Shown in pieces: positions 8,138 to 14,892 of a stretch of 14,892 nucleotides of DNA. How positions within the stretch are numbered: position 1 is the first letter of the stretch; each line of letters starts with the position of its first letter. This DNA comes from Candidatus Methylomirabilia bacterium (GTDB lineage: Bacteria > Methylomirabilota > Methylomirabilia > Rokubacteriales > CSP1-6). Made by a program: the position numbers and the translations under genes. Location: contig JBGPXN010000107.1 in assembly GCA_041492755.1 (NCBI GenBank), positions 1-14,892 on the forward strand, given 5' to 3'. The notes under the pieces were generated by a model that worked only from the letters and a program-made list of their open reading frames with translations, was not told the origin of the DNA and searched no databases.

Positions 8138-9434
8138 CCTCGCTCGGGGCGTGACCGGCGGCGAGCCGCTCGAAGTCGGCCATGAAGCCGGCCGTGCGGT
8201 GGTGTGCCCGACGCACGTCCGCGCCGAGTGCCGCCCAGTCGCGAAGGAGGCCGGAGCGCTCGTAGCAGCGCCTGGCGTTCTCGAAGTGCGACAGCGCTGC
8301 GTCGTAATACCTGCTCTTCTTCGCGTTGAGGATGCGCATGCCCAGTGCGCGGTAGACCCTGGCCGCCACGTCCGGGTGCGACCTCCCAAGGCGCCTGGCG
8401 GCGGGCTCTGTCTGGTGGCGGCTGAGCTCCTCGATCTCCGCGTCGGTCGCCGTGTGAAGCTGTCTCGCGAGACGCTCGATCTCCCGCGTCTCGAGCCAGA
8501 GCTCGATGAGCGCCCCGAGGTCCGCGCGCTCAGCCGTGTCCATCGCCTTCGCGTGCCATGCCGCGCGCTCGGCTTGCGGCACGAAGCGCATGAGCTCCTG
8601 GTCGCTGAACGTACTCGGGTTCTCGCGGAACTCGGTCCAGGCCTCCTCGAGCACATCGTCGCCCCGGCCGAGTTTCGTGAGCAGCTCGCGCTTCAGCTTC
8701 GCGAGGTCGTACTGGGCCATCGAGCCGTGCGGGTGCTTCCTGTCCACGGCGAGACCGCGATCCACCCAGGCGAGCGCCTCGTTCAGCTTGCGCTTCGCCT
8801 CGAGCATGGTGGCGACCGCGAGGCAGTCCTGGGCCGAGAGCTGGCTCTGCTTGCAGACCGCGACGCAAGCCCGCACGTCGCGCCGGTGGGTGTAGACCGC
8901 GCGCAAGACTTCGCCCCAGCGGCGGCGCGTGGACGCGGGGTCGCGCCGGTGCGCGCTCTCGGCGGCCTGCCCGGCGGCGTCCGTCGCCTCGAAGCGGGCC
9001 TTCGCCTGGCGTTCGAGGGCGGCGAGGCTGTCCTTGTGCATCATCTTCACGGCATCCCGCTCGAGGGTGGACGCGAAGCCGTACGGGTCGTTCTCCATAC
9101 GCTCGAGCAGCCACCTCGCGGTCGCGTCGGGATCCGCCCCGGCCGCCTGCCGCGCCTTGGTCCAGCCGCAGTAGAGGCTCACGACGAACATCCCGAAATT
9201 GCGGCTCGAGTCATCGAGCTCCTCGGCCTTCTGGTAGCAGGCGGCGAGGGAAGTCGTGTAGAGGCTCACGGCTCGCTCGGGGTCGGCATGGACGAGCTTT
9301 GCGAGCTGACCGGCGACGCCCTCGAGGCTCGAGACGAAGTCCCGGCCGGCCCCGTACGCGATGAAGCGGCCTGGCTGGAGCGCGACCTCCATGATCGCCT
9401 CCAGCGGGTCTCGCCGTCGGGGTCTCCGGGTCAC
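8124..9434 (-). CDS. Alpha-helical hypothetical protein, DUF6880-like (~436 aa)
   Basis: GTG start overlaps the upstream gene's TGA (GTGA, 9434-9431). Motifs ELDDSS, NDPYGF and C-terminal RILNAKKSRYYDAALSHFENARRCY...W...VRRAHHR..GF resemble DUF6880/SWIM-associated helical proteins. Confidence 0.7.
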   Translation of the reverse strand: MTRRPRRRDPLEAIMEVALQPGRFIAYGAGRDFVSSLEGVAGQLAKLVHADPERAVSLYTTSLAACYQKAEELDDSSRNFGMFVVSLYCGWTKARQAAGADPDATARWLLERMENDPYGFASTLERDAVKMMHKDSLAALERQAKARFEATDAAGQAAESAHRRDPASTRRRWGEVLRAVYTHRRDVRACVAVCKQSQLSAQDCLAVATMLEAKRKLNEALAWVDRGLAVDRKHPHGSMAQYDLAKLKRELLTKLGRGDDVLEEAWTEFRENPSTFSDQELMRFVPQAERAAWHAKAMDTAERADLGALIELWLETREIERLARQLHTATDAEIEELSRHQTEPAARRLGRSHPDVAARVYRALGMRILNAKKSRYYDAALSHFENARRCYERSGLLRDWAALGADVRRAHHRTAGFMADFERLAAGHAPSEARCR

Positions 9435-11281
9435 AGCGGCAGGCGCTTTCTGGTGATGGCCCGCCAGAGGTTCTTCCGGCGGGCGTGCGAGCCGGCCCAC
9501 GCGTGCACCAGCCGCTGGTACGCCGTGGAGTCCAGCTCGAAGACGGCGGCGAGCCACTCGGCGCAGTCGTCGTAGTTCGACCCGGTCGCGCTCGCGGGGT
9601 CCGGCACCAGGCCCGCCGCGTGACGCCACCAGAACGCGAGCACCTCCGGGAACAGATCGGCGACCCCCAGGCGCTCGACCCAGCGGCGCCGTGATGCAGT
9701 GACGGTGGGCTCGCCTTGGCATCGGGTCGACAAGAGCCGGTGGAGCGTGGGCGACGTTCGGCGTAGCGAGGATCCAACGTCGAGGTCGAGCGTCAGCGTT
9801 CCGAGCGCGTCTCGAGACTGCGGGAGCGCGGCCGGCGCGCGCCCCGTCTCGTCCAGCCACTCCCGCACGGCCTGGCGGAACGACGGCGCGCCATCCGCCC
9901 CCGCGCGGGCCGCATCAACTAGGGCATGGACCCAGACCGAGCCGGGCGGCTCATCTCCGTCGGACTCGCGCTCGAGGGTCGCCTCGACGACGAGCGACCG
10001 CCAGTCGGCAAAGAGCCGGTCGCGCATGCTCGCGAACCGCGGCGATCGAACCTGCCGCAACGCCTCCAGGGTCGCGTCCCCGTCCGCCCAGCGACGGCCG
10101 ACCGCGACCTGAAGCTCGAGCGCGCAGACCAGCTCGTCCTGGCCGAGTCCCGTGGCGACCTTTCGCCAACTCTCGAGGAGGCGGAACGCGTCGGCAGGCG
10201 AGTCGCTCCCGTAGCGCAGCACGGGGCGGGAGATGAGCAGCGTCTCCCGCGGGTCCCACGTCTCCCCGGTCTTGAGGCGCAGCAGCGCGCGCACGGCGGC
10301 CTCGATGAGAGGGCCCGTCTGATCGAACGATTTCCGGCGGAGGAGATCCGCGACGAGAGGGAGCGCGAGCTTCCAGTCCTGCGCGATGTTCTTGCGGCTG
10401 GCCTCCTCGAAGAGCGCGGGATCCCACCGCTTGGCGAGCGCCTGGTGGATCTTGAACCATCCCGAATGGGCGGCTCCGAGAACCTTCGCCCAGTGGCTCG
10501 CGCTCCGGTGCGCAGCGATGCCCCTCAGGACCGCCTGCTGCTCCGCGGCGCCAAGCCCGCGGATGAACCGCGCGATCGTGTCGTCGTCCAGGCTCACGAT
10601 CTTGGCCGACGCCTCGAGTTGCCGGACGGCGTCGACGAGCTTGAAGGCGCTGCGCCCGTCCTGCCGGTACGCCCGCCATTCCCATTCCAGGAGACAGCCG
10701 GTCACCTCGGGGCCGAGGGGGCACCCGTCGCCAGACGACGGGTCCATCCACTCGGGCAGTCCCGACCCGATCTCCGCGTCCAGCTCCTCGATGGCGGCGA
10801 GGAAGCTGAAGTCGGGGTCCAGTTCCTCGTCCATCACGCGCTCCAGGATCTTCCGCATCCTGGCCGCGAGGGGTTCGAGATCCTGCGCCAGGCTGGACCC
10901 GTCCAGGTATGGCTCCTCCCAGTGGTGCTCGCGGACGACGTACCGGCCGTCCTCGTCTCCCGACTCCACAACGCAAGCCTCCCACTCGCTCCAGGCTTTG
11001 TCCCACTCCTCGCGGATCTTGGCGCTGCCCGGGGATGGCGGCGCCTTCGTGCGACTCCTCGCGCGGGATGCCAGAAGCCTACGAAGCGTCGCGCCCGTCT
11101 CCGCGCCGAGTCGCGCCAAGAGGCGATCGCGCTCGCGCTCATCCAGCACCAGGAGCGCGCACGCCAACACGCGCTGGATCTCCTCCTCCGACAGGCCGTG
11201 CGAAAGCAGCTCGAGCAGCGCCCGTTCCTCCGCGCGGTCGTCGCGCTGGTCGTTCCTGCGCCCTCGCGCTCTTGCCGTCAG
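9431..11281 (-). CDS. Large alpha-helical hypothetical protein (~616 aa), start uncertain
   Basis: Globular-looking Trp-rich sequence (EEWDKAWSEWE, EHHWEEPYLD, C-terminal YDDCAEWLAAVFEL...W...HARRKNLW). Strong GAGGAGG 8 nt before an in-frame CTG at 11281; the longer ORF to 11713 overlaps an opposite-strand pseudogene. Confidence 0.75.
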   Translation of the reverse strand: MTARARGRRNDQRDDRAEERALLELLSHGLSEEEIQRVLACALLVLDERERDRLLARLGAETGATLRRLLASRARSRTKAPPSPGSAKIREEWDKAWSEWEACVVESGDEDGRYVVREHHWEEPYLDGSSLAQDLEPLAARMRKILERVMDEELDPDFSFLAAIEELDAEIGSGLPEWMDPSSGDGCPLGPEVTGCLLEWEWRAYRQDGRSAFKLVDAVRQLEASAKIVSLDDDTIARFIRGLGAAEQQAVLRGIAAHRSASHWAKVLGAAHSGWFKIHQALAKRWDPALFEEASRKNIAQDWKLALPLVADLLRRKSFDQTGPLIEAAVRALLRLKTGETWDPRETLLISRPVLRYGSDSPADAFRLLESWRKVATGLGQDELVCALELQVAVGRRWADGDATLEALRQVRSPRFASMRDRLFADWRSLVVEATLERESDGDEPPGSVWVHALVDAARAGADGAPSFRQAVREWLDETGRAPAALPQSRDALGTLTLDLDVGSSLRRTSPTLHRLLSTRCQGEPTVTASRRRWVERLGVADLFPEVLAFWWRHAAGLVPDPASATGSNYDDCAEWLAAVFELDSTAYQRLVHAWAGSHARRKNLWRAITRKRLPL

Positions 11282-11580
11282 TTCGGTCGCCTCCTCTCGA
11301 AGCCGTTCCCGTTCGCCGCTCGGTGCCCCGCGCTGCGACGCCCAGTGGGCGCTGCCGAGTGGACGGGCTTCTGCTTCCTCGCCGACGACCGGAGCGGTCA
11401 CTCCTATCGACGGCCGAGCGGCGCCGAGCATCGTACGCCAGGACGACGAGCGGGCGCCGAGCTTCCGAGTCGACGGCGTCCCGTTGCCTGATCGCCGACA
11501 GGACCGCTCGGGGGCATCCGTCCGGGAGCACGGCGCCAGGCATTCCGGCCGACGACTTGAACGTACTATCGGCGTGAGCC

Positions 11581-11823
11581 ATGACGCAGTTGCCCGACCG
11601 GCTTTGGGGTCTGGACCGACGCTCGCGAGCGGCATCACCTCTCTCACGCCCAGGTGCAGATGGCGCCCAAGCTCGGCCTGAACGGGAAGAAGCTCGGCAA
11701 GCTTGACCGCCACGGGCAGGAACCCTGAAAGGCGCCTCTCCTGGAGTTCATCGAGCGCCTCTACGTGAAACGCTTCGGCAAGCGCGGCCCGGACTCGTCG
11801 TGTCGATCGAGGAACGGGCTTGA
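11581..11823 (+). pseudogene. Copy 1 of a small uncharacterised gene, degraded
   Basis: MTQLPDRLW /+1/ VWTDARERHHLSHAQVQMAPKLGLNGKKLGKLDRHGQEP*KAPLLEFIERLYVKRFGKRGPD /probable -1/ VVSIEERA*. TGA at 11726-28 aligns with TGG in copy 2 (14183-85). Confidence 0.8.
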
Positions 11824-11859
11824 CGCGATAGTCCAGGATTGCATACCATTCCGGTATGC
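11820..11859 (+). promoter_or_regulatory. TA operon promoter with overlapping palindromic operator (probably leaderless)
   Basis: TTGACG (11820-25), 18 bp, TACCAT (11844-49), ATG 6 nt later with no RBS. Perfect inverted repeat GCATACC-ATTCC-GGTATGC (11841-11859) covers the -10 box and the start codon. Confidence 0.65.
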
Positions 11860-12245
11860 CTCGCGCCAGCGTTCACTGGACGCTGGTTTTCACGGCGGCC
11901 AGTCTCGAGCACTTGGCAGAACGGAATATCGAGGCAGCGGACGTCGCGGACGCCGTGTACGGCCAGCATGGGCCGGCACGCGTGCGTCGGGGCGGTCGGG
12001 GTATCCGGCAACGCTGGTTCGTGATGGCGCCACTGGAAAGCGGTGAACTGCTGACGTGCGTGTTTCGGGCAGCGCTCCCGCGGGATCTCAAGACGGCGGG
12101 CGTATTCGTCATTTCCAGTGCAGGGCGACAGGAAGCTCCGGCGAAGGTTGATTCGTCGATGCGCCTCTGCGTCAGTGCTCGGATGTCTGATCAGGACGAG
12201 GTCCGGAACTATCGCCGGTGGCGAGGGAGCAAGGGAGGTCGCTAG
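11856..12245 (+). CDS. BrnT-like (RelE-fold) type II toxin, 129 aa
   Basis: EHLAERNI..ADVADAV, RWFV, LLTCVF, RLCVSAR...DEVRNY pattern as in BrnT; toxin-first order with TAG/GTG overlap into an antitoxin. Confidence 0.7.
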   Translation: MPRASVHWTLVFTAASLEHLAERNIEAADVADAVYGQHGPARVRRGGRGIRQRWFVMAPLESGELLTCVFRAALPRDLKTAGVFVISSAGRQEAPAKVDSSMRLCVSARMSDQDEVRNYRRWRGSKGGR

Positions 12246-12562
12246 TGCGTACGGCGACGGCAAAGAAGGGCAAGCTTCCGAGGTTCCGCAGTGACCAGGA
12301 AGAGCGTGACTTCTGGGCGCGTCACAGCGTGGAGGAGTTTGCCGAGGATCTCCAGGACCTCGACGTCACCATTCGTCCCTCGCGCACAGAACAGATTGCG
12401 GTACGTCTCTACAAGGAGGATTTGCAGGCCCTCCGTTCTCTCGCGGCTCAGCGCGGCATAGGACACACCACCCTGGCGAGAAGTGTCCTCGAACGATGGC
12501 TCGCGCAGTCGCGAGGGAAGAACAGAGCGGTGCGTCGTCGGCAGCCTCGCCGATCGGCGTAA
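12245..12562 (+). CDS. CopG/BrnA-type ribbon-helix-helix antitoxin (~105 aa)
   Basis: GGGAGG RBS and GTG overlapping the toxin stop; LPRFRSDQEERDFWARHS N-terminus and IAVRL...DLQALRSLAAQRGIGHTTLARSVL RHH-like C-terminus. Confidence 0.8.
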   Translation: MRTATAKKGKLPRFRSDQEERDFWARHSVEEFAEDLQDLDVTIRPSRTEQIAVRLYKEDLQALRSLAAQRGIGHTTLARSVLERWLAQSRGKNRAVRRRQPRRSA

Positions 12563-12696
12563 CGCTGTAGCGTTCCCTGACAGGACGGCTCTCGTTCGTC
12601 GCGTCGATGTCCCGCGATCGGACTCCCGAGCGGCTTCAAGTCTGGATCGACGCGCGCACGCGGCATCACCTCTCTCACGCTCACGTGCAGATGGTG

Positions 12697-12705
12697 CGCG
12701 AGCTC
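12697..12705 (+). repeat. IS256 target-site duplication, left copy (CGCGAGCTC)
   Basis: Identical to 14123-14131 and abuts the left TIR. Confidence 0.92.
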
Positions 12706-14122
12706 GAGCTATCGTCGAAAGTTGTGGATCAAAGAGAAAGGCGACGTACCCTTCTGGGGAAGTTGAGCCTCTCACCCCAACGCCCCGGTGCCACCCGGGG
12801 GGAAAGGTACGCCACCTGTGCTGGAGCTTATCACCGAGACGACGGACACGCCGACGGAGCCCCTCGTCGGGGCGACGCTGGATGACCTGGCCCGGGCCGG
12901 AGCGCAGCGGATGATCGCGGCCGCCTTGGAGCTGGAGGTCGACGAGTATCTGGCCCGCTTTCGGGCCGAGCGGGACCCGGTGGGCCACGCGCTCGTGGTG
13001 CGCAACGGGACGGCCCGGCCGCGGCCGGTGACGACCGGGGTCGGCCCGCTCACGATCGCGGCGCCCCGGGTGAACGATCGGCGGGTGGTCGAGGGCGTCC
13101 GCCAGAAATTTACGAGCGCGATCCTGCCGCCCTACGTGCGGCGGTCGCCGCGGGTGGAGAGCGTGCTGCCGCTGCTCGACCTGCATGGCCTGTCGTCGGG
13201 CGATTTCCGAGAGGCGCTGCCCGCCTTGCTTGGCCCCGAGGCGGCCGGCCTGTCGTCGAGCGCGATCCTGCGGCTGACCAAGGTGTGGACCGCGGAGTAC
13301 GAGGCCTTCCGCCGGCGGGACCTGGCCGACCGCGACTACGTCTACCTCTGCGCGGACGGCATCCACTTCACCATCCGGTTGGAAGACGAGCGCCTCTGTA
13401 CGCTCGTCCTCATTGGAGTGCGCCCGGACGGGACCAAGGAACTGGTGGCCCTGGAGGACGGCTATCGGGAGAGCGCCGAGAGCTGGCGCGCGGTGTTGCG
13501 GGACCTCAAGCAGCGCGGGCTGCGGGCGCCGGTGCTGGCGATCGGCGACGGGGCCCTCGGCTTCTGGGCCGCCGTCCGCGACGTGTGGCCGGAGACGGCG
13601 GAGCAGCGCTGCTGGGTCCATCGGATCGCGAACGTGCTGGACAAGCTGCCCAAGAGTCTCCAGCCGCGGGCGAAGCAGGCACTGCACGAGATCATGTACG
13701 CCGAGACCCGGGCCGCCGCCGAGCGCGAGATCGCCCGCTTCGGGCAGACGCACGCCGCCAAGTACCCCAAGGCCGTCGCGTCGCTGACGGTCGACCAGGA
13801 GCGGCTGCTGGCGTACTTCGATTACCCGGCCGAGCACTGGAAGCATCTGCGGACCACGAACCCGATCGAGTCGACGTTCGCGACGGTCCGACTGCGCGAG
13901 GGCGTCACGAAGGGCGCGGGCTCGCGGACGGCCGGGCTGGTCATGGCGTTCAAGCTGCTGCAGGTCGCCGAAGGCCACTGGCGCCGCGTCGACGCCGCCG
14001 AGCTCGTCCCGCTCGTCCGCGCCGGTGTCTCGTTCGAAGATGGAGTCCAGATTGAACCGCAGAAGAAGCGGAAGAAGGTCGCCGCCTGATCTCCCTCAAT
14101 CCACAACTCTTGACAATAGCTC
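12706..14122 (+). mobile_element. Complete IS256-family insertion sequence (1417 bp)
   Basis: Terminal inverted repeats 12706-12729 and 14099-14122 match at 21/24 (GAGCTATyGTCrArAGTTGTGGAT); flanked by a 9-bp direct repeat. Confidence 0.95.
12818..14089 (+). CDS. IS256 family (Mutator-type) DDE transposase (~423 aa)
   Basis: VVRNG, PRVNDRR, GLSSGDF, ADG (D), IGDGALGFW (D), QRCWVH (CxxH), RTTNPIES (E). GTG 12818 follows GGAAAGG; the ORF track start at 12788 is an alternative. Confidence 0.95.
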   Translation: MLELITETTDTPTEPLVGATLDDLARAGAQRMIAAALELEVDEYLARFRAERDPVGHALVVRNGTARPRPVTTGVGPLTIAAPRVNDRRVVEGVRQKFTSAILPPYVRRSPRVESVLPLLDLHGLSSGDFREALPALLGPEAAGLSSSAILRLTKVWTAEYEAFRRRDLADRDYVYLCADGIHFTIRLEDERLCTLVLIGVRPDGTKELVALEDGYRESAESWRAVLRDLKQRGLRAPVLAIGDGALGFWAAVRDVWPETAEQRCWVHRIANVLDKLPKSLQPRAKQALHEIMYAETRAAAEREIARFGQTHAAKYPKAVASLTVDQERLLAYFDYPAEHWKHLRTTNPIESTFATVRLREGVTKGAGSRTAGLVMAFKLLQVAEGHWRRVDAAELVPLVRAGVSFEDGVQIEPQKKRKKVAA

Positions 14123-14131
14123 CGCGAGCTC
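14123..14131 (+). repeat. IS256 target-site duplication, right copy (CGCGAGCTC)
   Basis: Identical to 12697-12705 and abuts the right TIR. Confidence 0.92.
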
Positions 14132-14224
14132 GGCCTGAACCCGAAGAAGCTCGGCAAGCTCGACAACCACAGGCAGGGACCCTGGAAGGCGCCCCTACCG
14201 GAGTTCATCGAGCGCCTGTAGATC

Positions 14225-14748
14225 GGTGGTGCGCAGCTTCGGCCGGTTCCCTTTGTGCTAATGATGGTGATGGTGAGACACGGAGCTCTCGTGAAATTGC
14301 GGACGAGGGTGGAGAGAGGTCTCGCACTCATGGTGGTGTTTCTGAGCCAGTTGGGGCCTGTTTGAGCCTCGTTGGACCAGGGGTGCGCTCTAAATATCGA
14401 ATAGATAGAGCGCGGCGCCTCGGCTTTTAATCAGGGGGTCCTGGGTTCGATCCCCAGACGGCTCACCAGAAATCAAGCACTTACGGGGCACCTCGCGGCG
14501 TTTTGCATCATGGTGGTGCGCCATGGTGGTGAAATATCAGGTGTCCTTCATGCATGGAGTCCTCGCATCTCCGCGCAGAATGTGCCTGTCGCCCGTGGGT
14601 CTGAATGGTGTGACGGTGAGATCAATCGCGGCTTTGCCGGACCACCAAGCGGCGTTCGGCCCGGCCGACTCTTGCGCTCCGACGACGTCGCCCGACCCGG
14701 CCTCACCGCCGCCCGCTGCCCCGTGCTGTGGTGGTGACCGTGGTGGTA
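14225..14748 (+). mobile_element. Tyrosine-integrase att-like site 2 (tRNA-Lys core, arm repeats on both sides)
   Basis: CATGGTGGTG at 14329, 14509 and 14522, with variants at 14225, 14264, 14728 and 14739; four 10-bp-periodic units at 14343-14382; perfect IHF consensus AATCAAGCACTTA at 14471-14483 right after the core. Confidence 0.75.
14424..14468 (+). pseudogene. 3' half of tRNA-Lys(UUU), att core
   Basis: CTTTTAA anticodon loop, TCAGG, GGGTC, T-arm CTGGG-TTCGATC-CCCAG, acceptor strand ACGGCTC-A-CCA. The expected 5' strand (GAGCCGT) and D-arm are absent upstream. Confidence 0.88.
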
Positions 14749-14892
14749 AAAACATTGGGTGTCCTTCCGAGGGGCCACCGGTCGCCCTGAGTCAGGCGCA
14801 CGTTTCACGAGGTGCCGGCCGCCGCCGTCGGGAAGAGCGATCACTTCCGGAGGATCCGCCTTCCGCCGGCGCACCGGGTTGGTGTGCGGCTC

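Larger units (their letters stand above)
12607..14221 (+). pseudogene. Copy 2 of the small uncharacterised gene, interrupted by IS256
   Basis: Removing the IS plus one target copy restores MSRDRTPERLQVWIDARTRHHLSHAHVQMVREL (12607-12705) + GLNPKKLGKLDNHRQGPWKAPLPEFIERL* (14132-14221), 62 aa. It ends early at TAG where copy 1 has TAC. Confidence 0.88.

Noticed and set aside
8151..11681. Long + strand ORFs (8151..9575, 9926..11491, 10386..11681)
   Set aside because: Antisense shadows of the two minus-strand genes in GC-rich DNA.
11726..11728. In-frame TGA at a Trp position as evidence of recoding or selenocysteine
   Set aside because: The same copy has frameshifts, and other genes use TGG for Trp and TGA as stop; simple pseudogenisation.
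12242..13978. 578-aa minus-strand ORF
   Set aside because: Antisense of the IS256 transposase and antitoxin; crosses the IS boundary.
14110..14140. Outward-facing TTGACA in the IS right end forming a hybrid promoter
   Set aside because: No plausible -10 box 16-18 bp downstream in the flanking DNA.
14393..14468. Intact tRNA-Lys gene
   Set aside because: 5' acceptor strand and D-arm are missing; only the 3' half is present.
14510..14892. Short ORFs at the right edge as an integrase end
   Set aside because: No recognisable motifs; the His/Val runs derive from the arm repeats.

Overview
GC-rich bacterial window with two halves. The left half (1-7019) is a catabolic gene cluster: a ThDP-dependent enzyme (runs off the window, missed by the ORF track), an asparaginase-family protein, a FAD glycine/D-amino-acid oxidase-like protein, a TauD/TfdA dioxygenase whose stop codon appears lost, an SDR and an amidohydrolase_2 protein. 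The right half (~7200-14892) is a decaying accessory island. It holds a ~170-nt candidate structured RNA with competing folds, then an att-like site built on a tRNA-Ala-like 3' end, a frameshifted fragment resembling an HNH-nuclease N-terminal domain, and two translationally coupled helical proteins of unknown function. Next comes a BrnT-like/CopG-type toxin-antitoxin pair with a palindromic operator, flanked by two broken copies of the same small uncharacterised gene; the second copy is split by a complete IS256 with a 9-bp target duplication. The island ends at a second att-like site built on a tRNA-Lys(UUU) 3' half. Both att-like sites carry arm-type repeats on both sides of the core, and no integrase is visible in the window. 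Family names come from motif recognition only, with no database searches.
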